DNA of 53,291 nucleotides, taken from assembly GCA_964352365.1 (NCBI GenBank), contig CAYGRX010000001.1:1-53291 (forward strand), given 5' to 3'. Position 1 is the first letter of the stretch, and each line of letters starts with the position of its first letter. Of the stretch, positions 21,568-29,909 are shown in pieces. The position numbers and the translations under genes are program-made. Below the pieces are notes generated by a model, which saw nothing but the letters and a program-made list of their open reading frames with translations, was not told where the DNA came from and did no database searches. Source of the stretch: an uncultured Rickettsiales bacterium (GTDB lineage: Bacteria > Pseudomonadota > Alphaproteobacteria > Rickettsiales > UBA8987).

Positions 21568-22155
21568 TTAGCTGAATAAGCTGAATCCGAAGTAATAAGC
21601 ATAGAATAAACTAACTACACCAATTATACCAATTGCTACTCCTAAGAGTATTATAATCCCGTCTCTTTCAATTAAACCAAGCATTATAACAATTATTGCA
21701 ATGCTGGGAACTGTGTTGGAAAACGGTATAGGTAGAGCTACTATTATGGAAAGTGCGCAGCAATAAAAATATATTATTGATCTACTGGTAATTGAACTCA
21801 AAAAAGTAACCCTCGGTTTAATTATTTTTTCAATCTTAGCATGGTAATGAAGTAATTTATTCGAGGTTTTGACTACAATTTCATTGCTTAACTCTTTATC
21901 GCCTAGCTTTTTTGGTAGCCAAATAGTCTTTTTTCTAAGTAACAATTGGCCTAAAGTCACAATGACAACGGCGGATAAAATTTGTGTTAAAACTGGAAGC
22001 GCTGGTGTTGGTAATGCTGTTGGTGCACAGAAAATAATAATAACTATCTCTCCAGCATTCTTCCCAAGCATTTTAACGATATGCGAAATCGTAACTTTAA
22101 GCTCTTTAATTTTCGATAGCTCTTTAAGCTTTGTTTTTATTCCGTCTTTTTGCAT
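21568..22155 (-). CDS. ExoD-family membrane protein (exopolysaccharide synthesis associated, tentative)
   Basis: ~195 aa, polytopic, with LPTPALPVLTQ...TIWLPKKL segment as in ExoD proteins. Confidence 0.5.
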   Translation of the reverse strand: MQKDGIKTKLKELSKIKELKVTISHIVKMLGKNAGEIVIIIFCAPTALPTPALPVLTQILSAVVIVTLGQLLLRKKTIWLPKKLGDKELSNEIVVKTSNKLLHYHAKIEKIIKPRVTFLSSITSRSIIYFYCCALSIIVALPIPFSNTVPSIAIIVIMLGLIERDGIIILLGVAIGIIGVVSLFYAYYFGFSLFS

Positions 22156-22270
22156 AAAATTATTTTTTATAATATAAAATATATATAGAAGAATAATTCT
22201 TATTCATCTTGAAAATTGACTTAAAGCTATATATTCTGTTTAAACCAAGAAATTAAAGGGATTTAAAATT

Positions 22271-22672
22271 ATGTTAAACTTCTCATCAATATTTACTATT
22301 ATACTTATATTCACCCTATCTTCTTGTGGGGACAAGCCTGTTCAGGTTGAAACAATGAAAAGAACAGATAAAAATTTGGGTTGTGATGATATATTGCTTG
22401 AGATAAATGAGGCTGAATTCCACAAAAAACAAGCTATTGAGAAAAAGTCTTTAGGTATCAAGTCTATAGTTATGCCGTTAGGTTATATTGATACTTATAT
22501 GAGTGCGGATGAGGCAATTTCTGCGGCAGATTCTAGAATTGGGTATTTAAATAGAATCTATGAAATTAAAAATTGTGATTCTAGTGGCTCAAATAATGCT
22601 CCAGTTTATTTAAATAACTTAAATCCGCCACTAAATAATAATCAAAACTATAGTAATGAATATTACAGATAA
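22271..22672 (+). CDS. lipoprotein, unknown function, Asn-rich C-terminus
   Basis: Lipobox LSSCG after a hydrophobic leader. Confidence 0.55.
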   Translation: MLNFSSIFTIILIFTLSSCGDKPVQVETMKRTDKNLGCDDILLEINEAEFHKKQAIEKKSLGIKSIVMPLGYIDTYMSADEAISAADSRIGYLNRIYEIKNCDSSGSNNAPVYLNNLNPPLNNNQNYSNEYYR

Positions 22673-22786
22673 TTTCTAACAATATAGCTAGACAAAATTT
22701 CCACATTTTGTAGTTTGTTTTGCATGTTTGATGCATTTGTTTGTAGCAAATATATTAATAATTTTTGCTAAAAAAACTTAATTTAA

Positions 22787-24061
22787 GTGAAGCATCTTTT
22801 GAAAAAGAATAAAAATATAATATTTGCAACAATGGGGATTATATCTCTAGTTGCGTATGCGTTTTACTTGTTTGCACCTGTGGTAGAAATTCATTTAAAA
22901 GATCAAAAAGATAAAAGCCTTGCGGAGCAAATAGCAACGCTAAATGGAATTGAATCTGAAAAACTTAAATTAGAAAAAGTGGCCAGCAAGCAAGACGAAC
23001 TTGGGCAAGAAAAAGCTAGTGATTATAATCATAAATCAAGCCCGCCATCAAAACCACGATTCACTCCTGATCAAAATTCAAATAAGTTGAAAATTCCATC
23101 TAAGCCTGCTTTTGAAGATGAAGAATCTGCATCTGTCAAAGGCGTTGAAAATAAAGAGATGGCGATTAAAATTCCAAAAGCATATGAGAATATAAAGCCC
23201 CAGTTTTTTGCCAAGCCTAAATCTAATAAGGAAGATAATATAACCGATAATAGCTCAGAACTATTAAAATCTGAATCAACTAAAACAGCCCTTGAGAATG
23301 AACAAATTAAAGAAAAAAATAGTTTTTTAGTTTCTTTTAAACCTGAGCAAAAAGTTAATGGTGAGGAAATTCAAGAGACACCACCTGCTAATAAGGAAGT
23401 TCCAGCAACTGATCAGGAAAAAGATAAAAAAAGTGATGATACTTCAGAAAATCTTGTTGTGGAAGATGAAGAAAACTTGAATGAAGAACCAGACGAAAAG
23501 CCAAGTGGTTTGCTATCTAATATTAAAAATTTAGTGACGGATAACATGATAGTTAATGCGCTACCTAAATTAAACAAATGGCCAAAAGTTGCTAAATACA
23601 TGAAGAAGCCACAATATTCATTCTATACATTAAGAATGCATAATTTAAATACGGGAGAGCATTTAGCCACTGTATTCTATCAAAATGGTGAGTACTCTCA
23701 AGAAGGCTTGAATAAAATAAATAAGTTCCTTCGTGATTATAGAACGGGCGAGGTTACTAAAATTGATCCTAAATTAATGATGTTGGTATATAGAATAACT
23801 AGAAGGTTGAAATTTGATGGTTATATAGAAGTTATTTCAGGTTATAGATCTAAAAAAACTAACAATAAGCTTAGAAGGCAGGGAAGAAATGTCGCCAAAA
23901 AAAGTATGCATAGCGAAGGCAAGGCAATTGATATCAAATTACCAGGCGTTTCAACTAAAAGATTAAGAAATATCGCGCAAGCATTTAGATCTGGCGGAGT
24001 AGGGTATTACCCTAATGATGGCTTCGTGCATGTTGATACTGGTGATTTGAGAAGTTGGTAG
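22787..24061 (+). CDS. DUF882 / peptidase M15A (YcbK/MepK-like) cell-wall peptidase with a long K/E/S/P-rich N-terminal region
   Basis: C-terminal SGYRSKKTNNKLRRQG...SMHSEGKAIDI...GVGYYPNDGFVHVDTG. GTG start. Confidence 0.8.
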   Translation: MKHLLKKNKNIIFATMGIISLVAYAFYLFAPVVEIHLKDQKDKSLAEQIATLNGIESEKLKLEKVASKQDELGQEKASDYNHKSSPPSKPRFTPDQNSNKLKIPSKPAFEDEESASVKGVENKEMAIKIPKAYENIKPQFFAKPKSNKEDNITDNSSELLKSESTKTALENEQIKEKNSFLVSFKPEQKVNGEEIQETPPANKEVPATDQEKDKKSDDTSENLVVEDEENLNEEPDEKPSGLLSNIKNLVTDNMIVNALPKLNKWPKVAKYMKKPQYSFYTLRMHNLNTGEHLATVFYQNGEYSQEGLNKINKFLRDYRTGEVTKIDPKLMMLVYRITRRLKFDGYIEVISGYRSKKTNNKLRRQGRNVAKKSMHSEGKAIDIKLPGVSTKRLRNIAQAFRSGGVGYYPNDGFVHVDTGDLRSW

Positions 24062-24106
24062 ATTGTTTAGGAAGCTTGAGAAAGAGAGGTTTTATTTATC
24101 TAGTTA

Positions 24107-24146
24107 CTTTAGTTTATATACCCACTAAGGGGTACATAAACTAAAG
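24107..24146. repeat. long inverted repeat (17-bp arms, one mismatch, 6-nt loop) between convergent genes
   Basis: CTTTAGTTTATATACCC-ACTAAG-GGGTACATAAACTAAAG. No flanking U-run on either strand, so not a canonical terminator. Confidence 0.6.
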
Positions 24147-24161
24147 AGTAAAAAATCACTC

Positions 24162-24521
24162 CTACCGTAGAGCAAACTGAATCATTCCTACGTCGAGGGA
24201 TGATTTTTGACAGGTATTTACGCCGATTTTTCCCGCATCAAGCATCCAATCGGAGCTAGTCCGCATAGATACCAGTAAATCTACAATTCCTCGGGCTGCA
24301 ATCTCAAGGCCTTCTCTGCCTTGTTCCGTCCATTCAAGGTCTGCAATGACCTTGTCTGGTTGGACTTCGTTGTAAGCCTCGATAGCATCCATGACCGTAG
24401 TGGCTAGGTGCTTAACGATATCCGCCTCCGGAAAGGCTTTTCTTACCCAAGTGGCAACCATGTCTAGGTCGCTTTGCTTGTCATCAATAATCAAAATAAT
24501 CATAATACTAGGTTTTAACAC
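24162..24521 (-). CDS. stand-alone response-regulator receiver (CheY-like) domain protein, visibly GC-richer than its surroundings
   Basis: IILIIDDKQSD, PDKVIADLEW (phospho-acceptor Asp position), LLVSMRTS, CQKSS (Lys position). The ATG at 24503 is the likely start. Confidence 0.6.
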   Translation of the reverse strand: MLKPSIMIILIIDDKQSDLDMVATWVRKAFPEADIVKHLATTVMDAIEAYNEVQPDKVIADLEWTEQGREGLEIAARGIVDLLVSMRTSSDWMLDAGKIGVNTCQKSSLDVGMIQFALR

Positions 24522-24833
24522 ACCAACATTGGTGTTTCTTTATTACTGTAAGTTACAATTGGTTTTTACCAAAACTATTTTATGTAGTTGCTCCATGAAA
24601 ATGAAACCTGTAACTAAAATCTGCGAGTTAACAATGAGGTAAACTGAGACTTTAAGTAATTTAATAGTGGCATTTTAGCAGAGAGAGAGAGCTATTTGTC
24701 AAGCAAATTAACTAAATATTAACTTGCTTTGTAATATTGGTTGTTACATTGCAAAATTTTGTTAAATATCCTATATGTTCAAAATTATAAAACAGGGTGT
24801 AAATTTATATACTACCTATAAATATATAAGATC

Positions 24834-25511
24834 ATGAATAAATCATTAATAACTAATCTCACTTCTACCTTAATTGCGGTGGCGGGCTATTTTTCGCCAA
24901 TATATTCTAACTATATATTCTCTACGGGAATATTTGCTATGTCAGGTGCGGTTACAAACTGGCTGGCAATTCATATGTTGTTTGAAAAAGTTCCTTTGCT
25001 TTACGGCTCAGGTGTAATCCCTAATAAGTTTCAAGAATTTAAATTAAGCATAAAAACTATAATTATGGAGGAGTTTTTTAACCCTAAAAATATTTCAAAG
25101 TTTTTAAATTCATCAAATTTCAGTGAAGAAAAAATAGATTCTAAAGTTGACCTAGATAAAGCTTTTAATCACCTTGTTGATGCTATTGTGGAATCTCCAC
25201 TTGGGGGAATGCTTGCAATGATGGGGGGGCGTGAAGCTTTAGAGCCCCTAAAGGACCCGATGAAAGAGAAGATGGCGCTAATTATACAAGATGTTAAAAA
25301 AGATATTACAGGCTCTAATGAAGGTCTTGCGGTATTATCTCAAAAGGCGGAAGAAATTATTGACCATAGATTAAACGAACTCACTCCTGAGGCGGTTAAA
25401 ATTATGGTTCAAAATATCATAAAAAATCATCTAGGTTGGCTAGTAATTTGGGGCGGAGTGCTAGGTGGTTTAATAGGGTTGATATTTAGCCTCGTTAATC
25501 AGAACTTATAA
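24834..25511 (+). CDS. DUF445-family membrane protein
   Basis: TNWLAIHMLFEKVP motif and a C-terminal TM helix. Confidence 0.65.
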   Translation: MNKSLITNLTSTLIAVAGYFSPIYSNYIFSTGIFAMSGAVTNWLAIHMLFEKVPLLYGSGVIPNKFQEFKLSIKTIIMEEFFNPKNISKFLNSSNFSEEKIDSKVDLDKAFNHLVDAIVESPLGGMLAMMGGREALEPLKDPMKEKMALIIQDVKKDITGSNEGLAVLSQKAEEIIDHRLNELTPEAVKIMVQNIIKNHLGWLVIWGGVLGGLIGLIFSLVNQNL

Positions 25512-25545
25512 TTTAATTAAGTATTTTGCTGTAATTAGCATATAT

Positions 25546-25601
25546 CTTGGTTGCGAAGGCTCGCATCTGTGTTTTTTGTCATCGGTTTTACGTTAATTAA
25601 C
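25546..25601 (+). repeat. tRNA-fMet 3'-end-like direct repeat A
   Basis: CTTGGTTGCGAAGGCT matches the complement of the tRNA-fMet 3' end (28481-28496) at 15/16. The next ~40 nt are homologous to repeat B. Confidence 0.7.
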
Positions 25602-25628
25602 ATAGCAATATTTTTTTGTTTTAAAACT

Positions 25629-25658
25629 CTTGAAATACGTTTTTGTGCTAACTAAATA
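25629..25658 (+). promoter_or_regulatory. putative heat-shock (RpoH/sigma32-type) promoter of the Hsp20 gene
   Basis: CTTGAAA-N16-CTAAATA. The same two elements at the same spacing occur upstream of the second Hsp20 gene. Confidence 0.5.
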
Positions 25659-25768
25659 TTTTCTCGTAAGTTGCCACATGGGACTTGCATCGGGCACTGG
25701 CGAAAGGTTTAACCTTTGGGTGCGCTTGTGTTCGTTTTATTTTTAACTTTGCTAAATAGGAGGTTATT

Positions 25769-26245
25769 ATGACTAGAACAGCATTATCATTATCACCATT
25801 ATTTCGTTCAACTGTTGGATTTGACAAGTTTGACGAATTATTCAACTCAGTATTAAATGCTGAGGAAGCATCCGCAACATCGTACCCGCCATATAATATT
25901 GAAAAACGCGGCGAAGATGATTACACCATAACAATGGCAATTGCGGGTTTTGGTGAGGAAGACATCACCATTCAAACTCAAAATAATGAGTTAATCGTTT
26001 CTGGTAAAATAGAAGACAAAACGGAAGATGATGAGGTTGAGTATCTTCACAAAGGCATAGCAACAAGAGCTTTTGAAAGAAGCTTTAAATTAGCCGATCA
26101 CATGATTGTGACAGATGCTGATTTAAGAAATGGACTTTTAAAAATTAATCTTGTGCGTGAAATCCCAGAAGAAAAGAAACCTAGATTGATTTCAATTAAT
26201 AGTAACGATACTAAAAAGTTGGAAAATAAAAAATCTAAAAAGTAG
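25769..26245 (+). CDS. small heat-shock protein, Hsp20/IbpA family (cytoplasmic)
   Basis: Alpha-crystallin domain: YPPYNIEKRGEDDYTITMAIAGFGEEDITI...GLLKINLVREIPEE. AGGAGG SD. Confidence 0.85.
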   Translation: MTRTALSLSPLFRSTVGFDKFDELFNSVLNAEEASATSYPPYNIEKRGEDDYTITMAIAGFGEEDITIQTQNNELIVSGKIEDKTEDDEVEYLHKGIATRAFERSFKLADHMIVTDADLRNGLLKINLVREIPEEKKPRLISINSNDTKKLENKKSKK

Positions 26246-26266
26246 GTTTATTACTTAATAAAAAAA

Positions 26267-26293
26267 GCCCCGTAAGATAATAACTTGCGGGGC
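26267..26293. terminator. bidirectional intrinsic terminator between the two Hsp20 genes
   Basis: GCCCCGTAAG-ATAATAA-CTTGCGGGGC, a 10-bp stem with one G-U pair, flanked by an A-run upstream and T/A-rich sequence downstream. Confidence 0.7.
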
Positions 26294-26321
26294 TAAAATA
26301 ATTTATAATAATTATTATAGA

Positions 26322-26849
26322 TTATAAAGTTAACTTTCTAGATTTAGGCTTTTCTGGTTCTATTTTTGGAATTGAGATTTCTAAAACACCATCTTTATAG
26401 CTGGTTTTTGCATTTTCTATATCAGCCTTTACAGGAAGCCTTAAGCTTCTTTTAAACTCCCCATAAGAACGTTCAGAAAGACGGTAATTTTCAGATTCCT
26501 CTTCCTTGTTAGATTCCCTTTTACCACTGACGGTTAAATGAGTTTCGTGAAGATCAATCTCAATATTGTCTTTATCTATTCCTGGAATATCAACTTTGAC
26601 AATCATATTATCATCATTATTAATCAAGTCCATTTTTGGATATGAATCATAATTTTGATAATAAACTTTCAAAGGTAGTTGGGAGCTAATTCCAAAACTG
26701 TCAAACATTCTATCCATCTTTGCATGCATAGCGCAGAAAGGATCATTAGAACAAGAATATGCTTTCGCATAACCTACATTGGCACCAATAATAACAGGTG
26801 CTAATGCTAAAGATAATAAAGTCTTTTTTAACTTCATATCAGCCTCCAT
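26322..26849 (-). CDS. Hsp20-family protein with N-terminal signal peptide (predicted exported sHSP)
   Basis: MKLKKTLLSLALAPVIIGANVGYAKA leader, then an alpha-crystallin domain (MIVKVDIPGIDKDNIEIDL...GVLEISIPK). A GGAGG SD favours the ATG at 26837. Confidence 0.8.
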   Translation of the reverse strand: MEADMKLKKTLLSLALAPVIIGANVGYAKAYSCSNDPFCAMHAKMDRMFDSFGISSQLPLKVYYQNYDSYPKMDLINNDDNMIVKVDIPGIDKDNIEIDLHETHLTVSGKRESNKEEESENYRLSERSYGEFKRSLRLPVKADIENAKTSYKDGVLEISIPKIEPEKPKSRKLTL

Positions 26850-26897
26850 TTTTAATTAATGTTAATATATAAATAGCGAGTGAAACTCACTCAAAAT

Positions 26898-26927
26898 TAT
26901 TTAGGAGGTGATATAAACTATTTCAAG
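26898..26927 (-). promoter_or_regulatory. putative heat-shock (RpoH/sigma32-type) promoter of the exported Hsp20 gene
   Basis: The minus strand reads CTTGAAA-N16-CTAAATA, identical elements and spacing to 25629-25658. Confidence 0.5.
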
Positions 26928-26989
26928 GTTAATTGAAAATTACTAAATATCAAAACCAACCTAAGTGCTAAATATTAACTTTATTAAGA

Positions 26990-27044
26990 ATTGGTTGCGG
27001 AGGCTCGCATCGGTGTTTTCTTTCATCGGTTTGAGCTTGCTAAC
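26990..27044 (+). repeat. tRNA-fMet 3'-end-like direct repeat B
   Basis: TTGGTTGCGGAGGCT is identical to the complement of the tRNA-fMet 3' end plus 2 flanking nt. The remainder is ~85% identical to repeat A. Confidence 0.7.
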
Positions 27045-27636
27045 TATTTAGAATAATATTTCTGAAAGTCAAAGAAATTCGTTTTTTACGCTTAATTATT
27101 TGCCCATCAATTTTATCTGTTTTTCTACTTGCTATTCCGTGCTGCCATTTATAACGAGCATCATCTTTCAATATCAGCAAGCTCCTACGTGGTAATAAAA
27201 TTGATATTTTTTGGTTCGTTTCTGAATTTATAAAATCCATCACGCAATCTGAGGCAAGGCTTAAGCTGGCAACTGTTTCTTAAAAGCAAGGAACACAATC
27301 TATATGGCTTGAAATTCCTTGCCCTGACTCATATTCATTTACGATAACTTGATCAGGAAGCTTATTAAAGCAACGTTGCTCTAAAAGTCTTTTTGAGATT
27401 GGTTTTATAAAATCAGGAATATCTCCAACTTTAAAATCTTCTGTTAATTTTCTAGCCTTATAATCATATTTATATCCATAATGCTGAACCCTACGCTTAA
27501 GGTCAGTAAGCCAAGATTGTTTATCTATATTTTGAATTAGTTCTAATTCTTCATCCTCTGAAATAAAAGTATCAACTAAAGTTAAGCCATCTACTAGGTC
27601 TTGGGGTTTGGGTTCAAATTTGGTAAATAAGTTCAT
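27040..27636 (-). pseudogene. AlkB-like Fe(II)/2-oxoglutarate dioxygenase, interrupted by an in-frame TAA
   Basis: N-part ...VIVNEYESGQGISSHIDCVPCF, stop at 27280-27282, then the same frame continues ETVASLSLASDCVMDF...RISLTFR. HxD and the distal R-x-S-x-T-x-R motifs lie on either side of the stop. Confidence 0.75.
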
Positions 27637-28430
27637 AATTTAAATATATAGGTGCAGAAAGAATCATAGTCTTCAATAGCACTTTCATCTTTGTTAGTCA
27701 TACTGTGAATATATTCATGAAAATCATTCGGGTCAAAACTATAAATTTCTGGTTCATTAAAACCTGTTTCTTCAGCGGCTTCATCAAAATGAAAAACAGC
27801 TCTATAATATGAGCTATTAACAGTTGTAATTAAAACCTTTCCATCTTCTTTCAAAACTTGCATTGCACTTTTTAAAAACTCTCTGATAAGAATATAGTTA
27901 GGGTTTCTACCTTCGATTGGTTCTCTACTTCCAACGTTCGGAAATTGAAAAATAATATTATCAAATTTCTTGTTTTCAAAAGTATACTCTAGATTAGTAG
28001 CGTCTACTTCAAATAATATGTTAGCTCCATAGTTTGCTAAGTCTTCTGCATTTAAAATCGTAAGTTCAGAAACTTCATTTTCTGCTTCAAAAACAGTAGC
28101 GGTAATATTTTCGGGAACAATAGAATAATTCTCAACTAGGCTAAGGGCAAAACTGAAATTACCTTCCCCAACTAATAAAGTTTTTCCAAGTCTGACCTCT
28201 GAAACAAAATCAATTTTAGTTAGGCTGCCTTTTAAAAGGAAATTTAGTTTATTATCAATTTCTTTAAGATTTTTGATGTCTTCAAACAAGCCTAGGTTTA
28301 AACTTTTAATTTTTAAATCTGAGTTGAGTTTACTTAACCTATGTATTTCTCTTTGATAATTATTCATATAAAATCCATTTTTAATGAATTTTATATTTAG
28401 AAATTGTAATCGGGAAGTAGAGCTGCGCAA
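27633..28430 (-). CDS. DUF2431 / BMT5-like Rossmann-fold methyltransferase
   Basis: LLVGEGNFSFALSL, ATVFE, EVDATNL, FDNIIFQFPNVG follow the BMT5-like motif order. Its TGA overlaps the AlkB-like ATG (ATGA). The start may be the internal ATG at 28367. Confidence 0.65.
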   Translation of the reverse strand: MRSSTSRLQFLNIKFIKNGFYMNNYQREIHRLSKLNSDLKIKSLNLGLFEDIKNLKEIDNKLNFLLKGSLTKIDFVSEVRLGKTLLVGEGNFSFALSLVENYSIVPENITATVFEAENEVSELTILNAEDLANYGANILFEVDATNLEYTFENKKFDNIIFQFPNVGSREPIEGRNPNYILIREFLKSAMQVLKEDGKVLITTVNSSYYRAVFHFDEAAEETGFNEPEIYSFDPNDFHEYIHSMTNKDESAIEDYDSFCTYIFKL

Positions 28431-28482
28431 AATACACTTGCAACCAATTCATGCCTATAACATATTGATTTTATTAGATTCT

Positions 28483-28559
<77 letters not shown>

Positions 28560-28578
28560 ACAAAGATTTGAGTGGCAC

Positions 28579-28607
28579 TAGATACTTCTATTAATAGTTC
28601 CTGTCAA
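28579..28607 (-). promoter_or_regulatory. sigma70-type promoter for tRNA-fMet
   Basis: The minus strand reads TTGACA-17 nt-TATCTA, ending ~20 nt upstream of the tRNA 5' end. Confidence 0.5.
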
Positions 28608-28682
28608 GTGATAAGGTTTGATAAATCAAAATAAGAGAGCAATAACTTGTAAAGTGAAGTTTTCAGTTAAACAACGGTTAGG

Positions 28683-29909
28683 TTAAATGGTCCAGTTACT
28701 TTCGTAACATTCACGTGCGGCTGCTAAGCTTGCAAGTTTAGCTATCAAGCTTTGAACAGGGCAATCAGAATCGCTTCCAGTTTCTTCTGATTCAAAATTT
28801 ACAAATTCCATACCTTTAGAATTAAGGTTACCAAACTTACTTTGGTTATTATTAAGCCTATAATTGCACCCAACAGGCTGGCTATTAACTAAGTAAACCA
28901 TTGGTTCTGAAGGTTTGCCTTTTGTAACGTCAATTGTTGGGATTCCTTCTTGAATAATGACTTCACTATTTTCTTGTGAATCTTTTGTGTTATTCATTGT
29001 GTGGCGAGCTTTTTTGTTTATTTCTAAAACCTCTTCGCCGCTTTTAACATTCATAATTCCCATTCCATAAGTTCCACTGTTAGCCTTAATGAAAACATAT
29101 GGTTCTTCTTCTATGCCATACTCATTATACTTATTTTGGATTTTCCAGATGAGTTTATCAACATTTGTTGCAATACACTCTAAGCCTTCCCGTTGCTTAA
29201 AATTAACTTTTCCACATTTTGTATGCTCCGCAGAAATCAGCCATGGATCAAGGTTAAACTCTCTGCCGAACTCTCTAGCAATATTTGCGTAAGTGTCAAA
29301 GTGGCTAGATTTTCTTCTGATATACCAACCCATTCCGACTGGTGGAAAGATAGGCTGGTCTTCAACCTTTTTTAAAATTTCGGGAGAGCCTGCCGAAAAA
29401 TCATTATTAGCTACAATCATGTCAGGTACAAAATCTTTAGTTCTCACTTTACCACCTTCATTAATAGCTTTGAAAGTTTCTATAGTTTTGCCAGTTGCAG
29501 TTTCAAAAATTTCACTTTCTGATTCTAAATCATGTCTGGCAACAACTACCTCAAGACCTGCATTTTTTAAAATTTCTACAATGTTATATACGTTTTCAAG
29601 GTAAAATTTATTTCTGGTATGACTTTCAGGGTAAACCATTACCTTGTTTTTACCTGAATAATATTTTTCTATATATTTTTTTGCTTGTTCGCTTGCAGTG
29701 GCTTTTTGTTTTTCAGAAAGAAGATTAAAACCTGCTGGAAACAAGTTAGTGTCAACGGGAACTATTTTATAGCCAGAATGCCTGATATCAACGGAAGAAT
29801 AGAATAGGGTGGGGGTTTTGCCATATTTATCTTCTATCCACCTGTTGATTTGTGGGGAGTTCTCTTTAATAATGGAATAAATCTCCTTTTTAATATTTAT
29901 ACTGTTCAT
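28683..29909 (-). CDS. gshA: glutamate--cysteine ligase, T. ferrooxidans-type (GshA, TIGR02049-like)
   Basis: N-terminal FYSSVDIRHSGYKIVPVDTNLFPAGFNLL block characteristic of this GCL lineage (recalled from memory). Operon context with gshB. Confidence 0.65.
   Translation of the reverse strand: MNSINIKKEIYSIIKENSPQINRWIEDKYGKTPTLFYSSVDIRHSGYKIVPVDTNLFPAGFNLLSEKQKATASEQAKKYIEKYYSGKNKVMVYPESHTRNKFYLENVYNIVEILKNAGLEVVVARHDLESESEIFETATGKTIETFKAINEGGKVRTKDFVPDMIVANNDFSAGSPEILKKVEDQPIFPPVGMGWYIRRKSSHFDTYANIAREFGREFNLDPWLISAEHTKCGKVNFKQREGLECIATNVDKLIWKIQNKYNEYGIEEEPYVFIKANSGTYGMGIMNVKSGEEVLEINKKARHTMNNTKDSQENSEVIIQEGIPTIDVTKGKPSEPMVYLVNSQPVGCNYRLNNNQSKFGNLNSKGMEFVNFESEETGSDSDCPVQSLIAKLASLAAARECYESNWTI

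Noticed and set aside
24680-24691. (AG)6 microsatellite
   Set aside because: It is short, intergenic and unassociated with any reading frame, so it is not a convincing phase-variation tract.
25546-25601. Repeats A and B as tRNA, tRNA-fragment or tmRNA genes
   Set aside because: Only ~15 nt match the tRNA-fMet acceptor/3' end. No D, anticodon or T arms can be drawn, so they are treated as att-like scars.
25659-25768. ROSE-type RNA thermometer in the Hsp20 leader
   Set aside because: I could find no segment complementary to the AGGAGG SD and no U(U/C)GCU anti-SD motif. The only local hairpin (AAAGGTT-T-AACCTTT) is far from the SD.
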